Positions 9,560 through 17,815 of a stretch of 64,000 bases of DNA are shown piece after piece. The notes below the pieces were generated by a model. That model ran no database searches. It saw only the letters and a list, made by a program, of their open reading frames with translations, and had not been told where the DNA came from. The number at the start of each line of letters is the position of its first letter. Within the stretch, counting starts at the first letter, position 1. The stretch spans positions 533,087 to 597,086 of the forward strand of contig CAWIYG010000002.1 of the NCBI GenBank assembly GCA_963840215.1, in the 5' to 3' direction. Source of the stretch: an uncultured Gemmatimonadales bacterium. Its GTDB lineage: Bacteria > Gemmatimonadota > Gemmatimonadetes > Gemmatimonadales > GWC2-71-9. The position numbers and the translations under genes were made by a program.

Positions 9560-10775
9560 GCCGGCTCCTGCGATCGACGTGCTCGTGGTCGGGGCCGGGC
9601 CGGCCGGCAGCGCCCTGTCCGCCCACCTCGCGCGAGCGGGCTGGAGCGTGACGGCCGTCGACCGCGCCGCCTTTCCCCGCGACAAGGCCTGCTCCGAATA
9701 CATGAGCCCCGAGGCGGTCCGGCTGCTCGACGGCCTGGGCGTGGTCTCCGAGCTCGAGGCCGCGGGCGCTGCCGCGCTCCGCGGCACCCGCGTGACCGCC
9801 GCGCGCGGGAGCCGGCTCCATGGGCAATTCGCCGGCGCCGAGGTGGCGCCCTTCCGCGCCACCGGGCTTTCGATTTCCCGCCGTCTGCTCGACGACACCC
9901 TGGTCCGCGCGGCCCGCGCCGCGGGGGCCACGGTGTTGGAGCGCACCGTGGTCGAGGCGCTGCTGTACGACCGCGGCGGTGTGGCGGGCGCTGTCGTCCG
10001 CGAGGCGAACGGGCAGCGCCGTGCGCTCCGGGCGAGGCTCACCGTCGGCGCCGACGGGCTCCGCTCGCTCGTGGCCCGGCGGCTCGGACCGCGCCGGTTC
10101 GGCCGGCCACGCCGGCTCGCGTTCGTGGCCCATGTCGACGGCGTGGCCGGCATGGGCGACTCGGCCGAGATGCACGTCGGCGCCCGAGGTTACGTGGGGC
10201 TCAATCCGATCGGCTCGGGACGCACCAACGTGGCCCTCGTGGTGCCGGCCGGCCGCGGAGGCGAGGCACGGGGCCGCGCGGAGGCCTTCTTCCTGGAGAC
10301 CCTGCGCGCCTTCCCGGGAGTGGCCGAGCGGGTCGCGGCCGGCACGCTCGCACGGCGGGTGCTGGCCACCGGACCGTTCGCGGCCTGGTCGGGCCGGGTG
10401 ACCGCCGACGGCGCCGCGCTGGTCGGTGACGCAGCCGACTTCTTCGACCCGTTCACCGGCGAGGGGATCTACAGCGCGCTCCGCGGCGCCGAGCTCCTGG
10501 CCGCCGCCGCGGCGCCCGCGCTCGAGCGGCGCGGGCCCGTCACCGCCGCCGGCCTGGCCGGCTACCGCGGCGCCCGGCGCCGGACGTTCGCGGGGAAGTG
10601 GGCGGTCGAGCGGCTGATCGGCTATGGCATGCTGTTTCCCGCGCTCTTCGACCGCGCCGTCGAGCGGCTCGGCCGGCGCGCCGGCATGGCCGACACCCTC
10701 ATCGGCGTGACCGGCGACTTCGTGCCCGCGCGCCGGGTGCTCAATCCCGTCTTCCTCGCGAGGATGCTCCTCTGA
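9498..10775 (+). CDS. FAD-dependent oxidoreductase, geranylgeranyl-reductase family
   Basis: Rossmann motif IDVLVVGAGPAGSALSAHLARAGWSVTAVDRAAFPRDKACSEYMSP. 425-aa intact ORF. The true start may be the internal ATG at 9531. Confidence 0.8.
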   Translation: MPRSTPTASCSMASSISASPEPAPAIDVLVVGAGPAGSALSAHLARAGWSVTAVDRAAFPRDKACSEYMSPEAVRLLDGLGVVSELEAAGAAALRGTRVTAARGSRLHGQFAGAEVAPFRATGLSISRRLLDDTLVRAARAAGATVLERTVVEALLYDRGGVAGAVVREANGQRRALRARLTVGADGLRSLVARRLGPRRFGRPRRLAFVAHVDGVAGMGDSAEMHVGARGYVGLNPIGSGRTNVALVVPAGRGGEARGRAEAFFLETLRAFPGVAERVAAGTLARRVLATGPFAAWSGRVTADGAALVGDAADFFDPFTGEGIYSALRGAELLAAAAAPALERRGPVTAAGLAGYRGARRRTFAGKWAVERLIGYGMLFPALFDRAVERLGRRAGMADTLIGVTGDFVPARRVLNPVFLARMLL

Positions 10776-11254
10776 GCCCGTCCGCCGTCGACCCCGCCCG
10801 CTTCCGCCAGCTGCTCGGCCGCTTCGCGACCGGGGTCACCGTGCTCACGGTGCGGGACCCGGCGGGCCAGCCTGCCGGGATGACCGCGAGCAGCCTGGCC
10901 TCGGTCTCGCTCGAGCCCCCGCTGGTATCGGTCTGCGTCGATCACGCGGCTGACCTGCACGACCTGATCGTGGCCGCGCCCGAATTCGTCGTGAACATCC
11001 TGGAGAGCAGCCAGGAGGAGCTGTCGCGCCGCTTCGCCGACCCGCACGACGACCGATTCGACGGCATCGGCTATCACGCGGGGCCGGAGGGCCAGATCTT
11101 CCTGGACGGCGCGCTCGCCCACATCGAGTGCGAGCGCTTCGCCGTGTATCCCGGCGGCGACCACACCATCATCGTCGGCCGGGTCATCGGGGGCGACACC
11201 CGCGACGGCCACCCGCTGCTGTACTATCGCGGCGGCTACGCCGCGCTCTCGTGA
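10772..11254 (+). CDS. flavin reductase-like (FMN-binding split-barrel) protein; start codon uncertain
   Basis: FRQLLGRFATGVTVLTVRDPAGQPAGMTASSLASVSLEPPLVSVCVDHAADLHDLI...GDHTIIVGRVIGG...PLLYYRGGY. No ATG or GTG lies near the 5' end of the conserved part (only CTG 10772, overlapping the upstream stop). Confidence 0.7.
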   Translation: MSPSAVDPARFRQLLGRFATGVTVLTVRDPAGQPAGMTASSLASVSLEPPLVSVCVDHAADLHDLIVAAPEFVVNILESSQEELSRRFADPHDDRFDGIGYHAGPEGQIFLDGALAHIECERFAVYPGGDHTIIVGRVIGGDTRDGHPLLYYRGGYAALS

Positions 11255-11958
11255 CCACCGCGCCCCCGCTCGCCCCCAGTCCGGTCGGCATCGAGCTGCT
11301 GGACGATCCCGCGGCCGATCCCGCCATGGTTGCGGAATCGCTCCGCAACATCGCGCGGTCGAACCGGTGGTTCGGCGGCGCCGCGGCCGTGCGCCACGGG
11401 CTGGCGCGCGCGCTCGCGGGGGTCGATCGCGGCGCCACCCTCACGCTGGCCGATCTCGGCACCGGGCTCGGCGATCTGCCGCAGGCCGCCGCGCGCTGGG
11501 CGGCGCGCCGCGGCGTGCGGCTGGTGACCGTGGGGCTCGAGCGGAGCCCGGTGGCCGCGCGGCTCACGCACGACGGCGGGGTGCCGTGCGTGGTGGGCTG
11601 CGCGGGGTCGCCGCCGTTCCGGGAGAAGTCGGTCGATGTCGTGCTGGTGAGCCAGGTCGCGCACCACCTGGCCGACGAGTCGGCGGTACGGCTGTTCCGG
11701 GCGTGCGACCGGCTGGCCCGCCGGGCGGTGATCGTCGCCGACCTCCGCCGCGGGTCGCTCGGCCCGCTGGTCTTCTGGGTCGGCGCGCGCGCGCTCCGCT
11801 TCGACCCCGTCACCGTCGCGGACGGGATCACCTCCCTCCGCCGGGGCTACACGCCGGCCCGGCTGCGCGCCCTGCTCGCGGCCGCCGGCGTCCGCGGCCT
11901 GGTGGAGCGCCGCCCGGGCTACCGGCTGGTGGCCACCTGGCGGCCGGCGGCCGGCTGA
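11251..11958 (+). CDS. class I SAM-dependent methyltransferase
   Basis: GTG 11251 overlaps the upstream TGA (GTGA). LLDDPAADPAMVAESLRNIARSNRWFGG...LTLADLGTGLGDLP...DVVLVSQVAHHL...VIVADLRR...ADGITSLRRGYT. Confidence 0.8.
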   Translation: MTTAPPLAPSPVGIELLDDPAADPAMVAESLRNIARSNRWFGGAAAVRHGLARALAGVDRGATLTLADLGTGLGDLPQAAARWAARRGVRLVTVGLERSPVAARLTHDGGVPCVVGCAGSPPFREKSVDVVLVSQVAHHLADESAVRLFRACDRLARRAVIVADLRRGSLGPLVFWVGARALRFDPVTVADGITSLRRGYTPARLRALLAAAGVRGLVERRPGYRLVATWRPAAG

Positions 11959-12419
11959 TGCGGACCGTCGACCAGACCCGGATCCACGCTCCGGCCGACC
12001 GGGTGCTCGCCGCCGCGGTCGACGTCGAGCGCTGGCCGGCCTGGCTGCCGCACTACCGCTGGGTGCGGAAGCTCGAGCGCCGCGGCGACGGCGGCCTGGT
12101 CGAGATGGCGGCGTGGCGGCCGTTCGGCCCGCTCAACTATCCCACCTGGTGGGTCTCGGAGATGTGGGTGGACCGGGCGGCGCCCGCCGTCCACTACCGG
12201 CATGTCCGTGGCATCACCGCCGGGATGGACGTGGTCTGGCGGATCGAGCCGGCGGACGGCGGCACCGACGTGACGATCGTGCACGACTGGACTGGGCCGC
12301 GCTGGCCCCTGATCGGCGGCCCCGCGGCGACGTGGGTCATCGGCCCGGTGTTCATCCATGGGATCGCGTCGCGGACGCTGGCGGGCATCCGGCGGGCGGT
12401 GGAGGCAGGAGTCACATGA
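11958..12419 (+). CDS. SRPBCC (START/polyketide cyclase-dehydrase-like) family protein
   Basis: ATG 11958 overlaps the upstream TGA by 1 nt. MRTVDQTRIHAPADRVLAAAVDVERWPAWLPHYRWVRKLERRGDGGLVEMAAWRPFGPLNYPTWWVSEMWVD... Confidence 0.7.
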   Translation: MRTVDQTRIHAPADRVLAAAVDVERWPAWLPHYRWVRKLERRGDGGLVEMAAWRPFGPLNYPTWWVSEMWVDRAAPAVHYRHVRGITAGMDVVWRIEPADGGTDVTIVHDWTGPRWPLIGGPAATWVIGPVFIHGIASRTLAGIRRAVEAGVT

Positions 12420-13665
12420 GCGACGCGAGGCGGGTGGTCATCACGGGCATCGGGGCGGTCACCCCGATCGGGCTGGGGGTCGACGGCCTGTGGGCGGGGC
12501 TCCGGCGGCGGACGTCGGCCGTCCGCTGCATCACGCGGTTCGATCCGACGGCGTTCAAGTCGCGCATCGCGGGCGAGGTGCCGGACTTCGTGCCCGGCGA
12601 CCACATCGAGGAGCGCCGGGCGCGCCGGCTGGACCGGTACTCCCAGTTCACCATCGCCGCCACCCGCATGGCGCTCGGCGACGCCGAGCTCGACCTCGCG
12701 CGCGAGGACCCCGACCGGGTCGGCGCGATGATGGGCACCGCCCTTGGTGGGGTGGCGCACGGGGAGCGCAACTACCACGCCTTCCTCACCGAGGGCCCGC
12801 GCGCGGTCGACCCGGCACTGGCCCTCACCGTCTTCGCCGGCGCGGCCAGCTGCAACATCGCGATCGAGTTCGGCTGCACGGGACCCAACTCCACCAACGG
12901 GATGAGTTGCGCGTCGGGCGCGATCGCCATCGGCGACGGCTTCCGGGCCATCGTCAGGGGCGATGCCGACATCATGCTCGCCGGCGGCGCCGAGGCCCCG
13001 CTGGCGCCGCTCTGCTTCGGCGCCTTCGCGATCATCCGGGCCATGTCCACCCGCAACGACGATCCGGCGCACGCCAGCCGCCCGTTCGACGCGGGCCGGG
13101 ACGGCTTCGTCATGGCCGAAGGCGCGGCGGTGCTGGTGCTCGAGGAGCGGAGCCGGGCACTGGCCCGCGGGGCGCCGGTCTACGCCGAGCTCTGCGGCTT
13201 CGGCCTCACCAACGACGCGCATCATATGACCGCGCCCCGCCCCGACGGCACGCCAGGCCGCCCGGGCCATGCGGAACGCCCTGGCCGAGGCGCACGTCAA
13301 CGCCGGCGAGGTCGGCTACATCAATGCCCACGGCTCCTCGACGCCGCTCAACGACCCCACCGAGACCAGCGCCATCCGCCAGGTCTTCGGCGAGCACGCC
13401 GACCGGGTGCCTCTGAGCGGCACCAAGGGCTACTACGGCCACGCGCTGGGGGCGAGCGGCGCCATCGAGGCCGCCATCTGCGCGCTCGCGTCCCGCCACG
13501 GATGGCTGCCGCCAACCGTGAACCTGGAGACGCCCGATCCCGCCTGCGATCTCGCCCTTGGTGACGGGCGACGGACGCGATCTCGCGCCCGACGTGTTGC
13601 TGAGCAACTCGTTCGGGTTCGGGGGGATCAACGCGGCGCTGGTGTTTCGACGGGCGGACGCCTAG
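12416..13665 (+). CDS. beta-ketoacyl-ACP synthase II-like condensing enzyme; two frameshifts (about 13255 and 13560)
   Basis: ATG 12416 overlaps the upstream TGA (ATGA). VVITGIGAVTPIG, active-site Cys in GPNSTNGMSCASGAIAIG, His motifs YINAHGSSTPLND and GYYGHALGASG. The tail VTGDGRDLAPDVLLSNSFGFGGINAALVFRRADA-stop (TAG 13663-13665) is in a third frame. Confidence 0.85.
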
Positions 13666-13712
13666 ATTCGCCGCCGTCCCTCCCCCTCGGTCGACACCAC
13701 AAAGGATGGCTG

Positions 13713-14399
13713 ATGCCTTCGCTGCTTCGCCGCTCGCTCGCTGAAGCCCTCGGCACGTTCGCGCTGATCTTCATCGGCGTCGGATCGGTCGCGAGCAAGT
13801 ACTTCCCCGACGCCGCCTTTGGAGTTCTGGGCGTCGCGATCGCGCACGCGGTCGTCCTCTCGGTCATGATCACCGCCACCATGTCGATCTCGGGCGGCCA
13901 CCTGAACCCCGCCGTCACGATCGGGCTGCTCGTGGCCCGCCGGACCACCGGGCAGACAGCCATCGCCTACATCATCGCCCAGCTGGCCGGCGCGGTCCTC
14001 GGCGCGCTGGCGGTCAAGGCGATCTTCCCGCTTGGCGTCACCCGCCCGATCGCGCTCGGCACGCCGGCCATCGCCGGCAACATCCAGCTCTCGCAGGCCA
14101 TCGCGCTCGAGGCCATCCTCACGTTCTTCCTGGTGTCGGCGGTGTTCGGCACCTGCGTGAACTCGGAGGCGCCCAAGGTCGGCGGGTTCGGCGTCGGGCT
14201 GGTGCTGCTGTTCGACATCCTGGTCGGCGGGCCGCTCACGGGCGCGGCGATGAATCCGGCACGCGCCTTCGGGCCGGCGCTGGTGGCGGGCCAGTGGGTG
14301 GCACATGGGGTGTATTGGGTGGGCCCGATCCTGGGAGCGATCGTCGCGGCGCTGCTGTGGGAGCACGTGCTGCTGCCGAAGCGGCAACGGACGGAGTAG
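13713..14399 (+). CDS. aqpZ: aquaporin (MIP family)
   Basis: MPSLLRRSLAEALGTFALIFIGVG..., with two NPA boxes (GGHLNPAVT and GAAMNPARAFGP). Intact. Confidence 0.9.
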   Translation: MPSLLRRSLAEALGTFALIFIGVGSVASKYFPDAAFGVLGVAIAHAVVLSVMITATMSISGGHLNPAVTIGLLVARRTTGQTAIAYIIAQLAGAVLGALAVKAIFPLGVTRPIALGTPAIAGNIQLSQAIALEAILTFFLVSAVFGTCVNSEAPKVGGFGVGLVLLFDILVGGPLTGAAMNPARAFGPALVAGQWVAHGVYWVGPILGAIVAALLWEHVLLPKRQRTE

Positions 14400-14401
14400 G
14401 C

Positions 14402-14481
14402 AGGCGGTCGGGCGGTCAGGCGGTCAGGCGGTCAGGCGGTCAGGCGGTCAGGCGGTCAGGCGGTCAGGCGGTCAGGCGGTC
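14402..14481. repeat. octamer microsatellite, 10 tandem units of AGGCGGTC (unit 2 = GGGCGGTC)
   Basis: Read directly: units start at 14402, 14410 ... 14474. It begins 3 nt after the aqpZ TAG. Confidence 0.95.
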
Positions 14482-14558
14482 AGCGGTGAGCGTCGCGCTC
14501 ACCGATCGGTGTGCTGTTACCGACCGCCTGACCGCCCGACCGCCCGGACCGCCCTTTT
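14402..14558 (+). terminator. compound inverted repeat / bidirectional terminator between aqpZ and ccmD
   Basis: Four inverted octamers lie downstream of the array: GACCGCCT 14522-29, then GACCGCCC at 14530-37, 14538-45 and 14547-54. They are followed by TTTT (14555-58). An inner perfect hairpin is GGTGAGCG-tcg-CGCTCACC (14485-14503). Confidence 0.6.
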
Positions 14559-14660
14559 CATCCTCGCCCAGAGCGAGGCCAGGTAGCCCACCAGAATCAC
14601 CGACGTCACGACGTACGCCGCGATCATGTATTGCGCGTTCTGGGGCGTATCAGACGGCAT
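14517..14660 (-). CDS. ccmD: heme exporter protein CcmD (47 aa, not in ORF track)
   Basis: ATG 14660-14658 overlaps the ccmC stop (ATGCCGTCTGA). MPSDTPQNAQYMIAAYVVTSVILVGYLASLWARMKRAVRAVGRSGGR-stop (TAA 14519-14517): one TM helix plus a basic tail, in the position expected after ccmC. Confidence 0.7.
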   Translation of the reverse strand: MPSDTPQNAQYMIAAYVVTSVILVGYLASLWARMKRAVRAVGRSGGR

Positions 14661-15346
14661 CGGCCGCCTCCTCCCGCGCATCCTCCGCCAGCGCCAGCCC
14701 GTACCGCAGCGTCACCAGCCCCACATACAGCACCGTGAACACCGCCGTCGAGATCAGCAGCGTCCGCAGCATCTCGGGCGGCAGCGACGGCGCGCTCGGC
14801 TTCAGCACCACCGGCTGCGGGTGCAGGGTGCGGAACAGATACACGCTGAGGTGGATGAAGGGGACCAGCAGCATGCCGAGGATGCCCACCACCGCGCTGA
14901 ACCGCGCCCGCTCGGCTGGATCGTGCACCGAGGCCCGGAGCGCCAGGTAGCCGATGAAAAGGAAGAACAGGAACAAGGTCAGGGTGAGCCGCGCGTCCCA
15001 GGTCCACCAGGTGCCCCAGATCGGCTTGGCCCAGATCGGCCCGGTGGTCAGCATGACCGCGCTGAACGCGACGCCCACCTCGGCGGAGGAGGCGGCGAAC
15101 CGGTCGAGCCGCGGGTCGTGCAGCCAGAGGTAGAGGCCGCTCGTGACTCCCACCAGCGTGAACGCGATCAGCGCGCTCCACGCCGCCGGCACGTGCAGGT
15201 AGAAGATCTTCTGCGCCAGGCCCTGCCGCGCCTCGACCGGCGTGTACCCCAGCGCCAGGACGTAGACCAGCACCAGGCCGGCGAGGGCCACCGAGGCTGA
15301 TGACGAGACCTCGGCGAGCCGTGGCGAGCGCGGCGTCCGCCGTCAT
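14650..15346 (-). CDS. ccmC: heme exporter protein CcmC; one frameshift near 15315
   Basis: QKIFYLHVPAAWSALIAF and the Trp-rich motif WAKPIWGTWWTWDARLT. ATG 15346 overlaps the ccmB stop (ATGA). The N-terminal 18 codons (MTADAALATAR...) are in another frame. Confidence 0.85.
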
Positions 15347-16023
15347 TCGTCCACCACGGCGCTGAAGGCCAGGGTGCAGAGCGTCACGAAGACGATGTCA
15401 TAGAGGGCAAGGAGTCTAAGCCATCCCAGCATCTCGCTCAATGGACGGCCCGCGAGCAGGCGCGCGGTCACTTGGACCGCGCCGATCAGCGGCGGCACCA
15501 TGAACGGGAGCAGCAGCACCGGCAGCATCAGCTCGGCGAAACGGGTGCGCACGGCCATCGCGCTGAAGATCGTGCCGACCGAGACGAACCCGATCGTCGC
15601 GAGCACGGTCACGCCGATGATGCCCGGCAGCGCCGCGGCCAGGTCCACGTTGAAGAACAGCACGAAGAGCGGCAGCGTCACCGCCTCCACCGTCCCCACG
15701 AACGCGAGGTTGGCCAGCAGCTTGCCGGCGAAGAGCGCCTCCCGCGGCACCGGCGCCAGCAGCAGGCCGTCGAGCGCGCCGTGCTCGCGCTCGATGGTGA
15801 ACGCGCGGTTGAGCGCCACCATCGCCGCCAGCGCGAACGTCACCCAGAGCACGCTGGGCGCGAGGTCCGTCGCCGAGAGCGCGGTCGGATCGCGCGCGAA
15901 GTTGAACACCACCAGCACCAGCGCGGCGAACACCACCGCCGACAGCAGGGCCGTCCGGCTCCGGAGCTCGGCCCGGATGTCCTTCCCGGCGATCGCGAAG
16001 GCCATGCGGAGCGCCTCAGGCAC
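15343..16023 (-). CDS. ccmB: heme exporter protein CcmB
   Basis: 226-aa intact polytopic ORF: AIAGKDIRAELRSRTALLSAVVFAALVLVVFNFA...FTIEREHGALDGLLLAPV... It overlaps ccmA by 8 nt. Confidence 0.85.
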   Translation of the reverse strand: MPEALRMAFAIAGKDIRAELRSRTALLSAVVFAALVLVVFNFARDPTALSATDLAPSVLWVTFALAAMVALNRAFTIEREHGALDGLLLAPVPREALFAGKLLANLAFVGTVEAVTLPLFVLFFNVDLAAALPGIIGVTVLATIGFVSVGTIFSAMAVRTRFAELMLPVLLLPFMVPPLIGAVQVTARLLAGRPLSEMLGWLRLLALYDIVFVTLCTLAFSAVVDE

Positions 16024-16735
16024 CGATCCACTCCCGGTAGCGAGGCAGGAACCCGTCGAGCGGGCCGGCCTTTGGCGCGTCGCTCACCCAGCGGCCCTCG
16101 ACCAGCACGGCGATCCGGGTCGCCACCTCCCACACCTCGGCCAGATGGTGGGTCACGATGACGAGCCCGAGGCCCTCGGCGCGACGCGCCTCGAGCATCT
16201 CGCGCAGGCGGTCGGCCGAGCCGGCGTCGAGCGCGGTGAACGGCTCGTCGAGCAGGAGGACCCTCGGCGCGTGCAGCAGCGCTCGGGCGATCGCGGCCCG
16301 CTGCAGCAGGCCGCGGCTCAGGCGGCGCGGCGAGTCGTCCGCCCGCGCGGCCAGCCCTGCCGCCTCGAGCGCGGCGCGGGCCACTTCCCCCGGTCGCGCG
16401 AGGCCATAGAGCCGGGCGACGAAGGTCAGGTTCTCCGCCAGCGTCAGATCGTCGTAGAGCAGGGATTGATGCGACAGGAGGCCGATCGCCCGGCGGGCCT
16501 GAGCCGCGCCGGGGGTCAGCGGCCGGCCGAGCACGTGCACCTCGCCCGCCGACGCGCGCATGAGACCCGCCAGGATCCGGAGCAGCGTGCTCTTGCCTGC
16601 CCCGTTCGGTCCCGCGACGGCCAACACCTCGCCCGGGGCGAGGGTCAGGTCGATGTCGTGTAGGACCCGAAGGCGGCCGAAAGAGCGACGCAGGCCGCGG
16701 GCGGCGAGCAGGGCCTCGCCGTCACGAGACGGCAT
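16016..16735 (-). CDS. ccmA: heme exporter ATP-binding protein CcmA
   Basis: Walker A GPNGAGKSTLLRILAG, signature LSRGLLQRAAIARAL, Walker B LLLDEP. Confidence 0.85.
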   Translation of the reverse strand: MPSRDGEALLAARGLRRSFGRLRVLHDIDLTLAPGEVLAVAGPNGAGKSTLLRILAGLMRASAGEVHVLGRPLTPGAAQARRAIGLLSHQSLLYDDLTLAENLTFVARLYGLARPGEVARAALEAAGLAARADDSPRRLSRGLLQRAAIARALLHAPRVLLLDEPFTALDAGSADRLREMLEARRAEGLGLVIVTHHLAEVWEVATRIAVLVEGRWVSDAPKAGPLDGFLPRYREWIGA

Positions 16736-17090
16736 CGATGCGGGCGCCGAGCTCGTCGAGGCGGAAGGGTTTGACGATGTAGCCGGAGTGGGGGAGATTC
16801 AGGACCTTGAGCTGGGGCTCGATGCTCATGTAGGCCGTCGTGATGATCACCGGCAGGTCGGGCTGGCTCACGCGGATGCGCCGGAGCAGCTCCACCCCGT
16901 CGGTGTCGGGCAGGCGCATGTCCAGCACCGCGACGTCGGGGCGCTGCAGCTCGAGCTGTTCCAGCGCCTCCGCGCCCGTGGACGCGAACACCAGATCGTA
17001 TCTCGGCTGGAACGCCCGCTGATAGCTGAGTCGCAGCGCGGGCTCATCCTCGACGATCAGGACACGCCGGCGGCGCTTTGCCTCGGTCAT
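16722..17090 (-). CDS. single-domain response regulator (CheY-like receiver)
   Basis: RVLIVEDEPALR...DVAVLDMRLPDTDGVELLRRIR...PVIITTAY...VKPF. Its stop overlaps the ccmA start by 14 nt. Confidence 0.85.
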   Translation of the reverse strand: MTEAKRRRRVLIVEDEPALRLSYQRAFQPRYDLVFASTGAEALEQLELQRPDVAVLDMRLPDTDGVELLRRIRVSQPDLPVIITTAYMSIEPQLKVLNLPHSGYIVKPFRLDELGARIDAVS

Positions 17091-17190
17091 GCGACGTACC
17101 CCGCGACCCGGTGCCGACCGGCACTCGCTGAATGGGATGGGAGCCCGCGGGGTACACTAACCCCTTCCGGGGGTCGCGTCCATAGCAGAA

Positions 17191-17214
17191 GCGCCCCGTC
17201 CTGCGACGGGGCGC
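17191..17214 (-). terminator. stem-loop just downstream of the STAS gene
   Basis: GCGCCCCGTC-ctgc-GACGGGGCGC, a 10-bp perfect stem starting 5 nt after the stop at 17219. No clear U-tract. Confidence 0.4.
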
Positions 17215-17218
17215 TCGC

Positions 17219-17533
17219 TCAGTCGTACGTCGTATCGACCACGAACAGGTCGTAGAGCTTGGTGATGGTGAGGAGGAAGCGGATCTCCTCGCTCGGATTG
17301 CGGAGCACCACCGCCAGACGCCGCTCGGCGGCCAGGCGCTGGATCAGCATCAGCGCGCCCAGTCCCGCGGAATCGACCTCCCGTGTGTGGGTGAGGTCGA
17401 TGACCAGCCGGCCGGAGCCTTCGGGCATCGCCTCGAGCAGCTGCTCCGCCGCCTGGCGGATCGCGACACGTGTCTCCAGACCGAGCGTCTCCGGCGCGGC
17501 CAGGCCACGTTCCACCTCCTGCGGGGTCCTCAT
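17219..17533 (-). CDS. STAS-domain protein (anti-sigma-factor-antagonist-like)
   Basis: ...SGRLVIDLTHTREVDSAGLGALMLIQRLAAERRLAVVLRNPSEEIRFLLTITKLYDLF... Confidence 0.75.
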   Translation of the reverse strand: MRTPQEVERGLAAPETLGLETRVAIRQAAEQLLEAMPEGSGRLVIDLTHTREVDSAGLGALMLIQRLAAERRLAVVLRNPSEEIRFLLTITKLYDLFVVDTTYD

Positions 17534-17675
17534 CCATCCTCCTTCGGCACCGAGCTATCTCACCGCCAGCTGGTGAGACCTCTAGTTTTGCGGCCCCGGA
17601 TCGCTCCGGGTGTGCTCTTATCGAGAGAATCGACGCCTCGCCGCAGGCTACGTTGCGGCTGCGCCCTCGAGAAAG

Positions 17676-17690
17676 GCGAGTCTGGTGCCA
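17676..17690 (-). promoter_or_regulatory. candidate -24/-12 (sigma-54-type) element upstream of the STAS gene
   Basis: The minus strand reads TGGCAC-cagac-TCGC with GG/GC spacing as in TGGCAC-N5-TTGC. It is embedded in the palindrome GGTGCCAGTGGCACC (17684-17698). Confidence 0.3.
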
Positions 17691-17815
17691 GTGGCACCAA
17701 GCCGATGTCAGTTGGTCACTTACAGATGGGTCGCAACGCCTGAGTGCGACCGCTTGCGTCGCAGACCGCGAGATTCTACTGCAAAAGGGGCGGCGAGGTA
17801 AGAGTCGCGCGCATC

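Noticed and set aside
14402-14558. Possible CRISPR array.
   Set aside because: The period is 8 bp with no spacers and no cas genes in the window. It is a microsatellite plus inverted copies.
14294-14950. ORF encoding a repeat protein (...RRSGGQAVRRSGGQAVRRSGGQAV...).
   Set aside because: The repeat is just the octamer microsatellite read in frame. The ORF runs antisense through ccmD and ccmC and has no start context.
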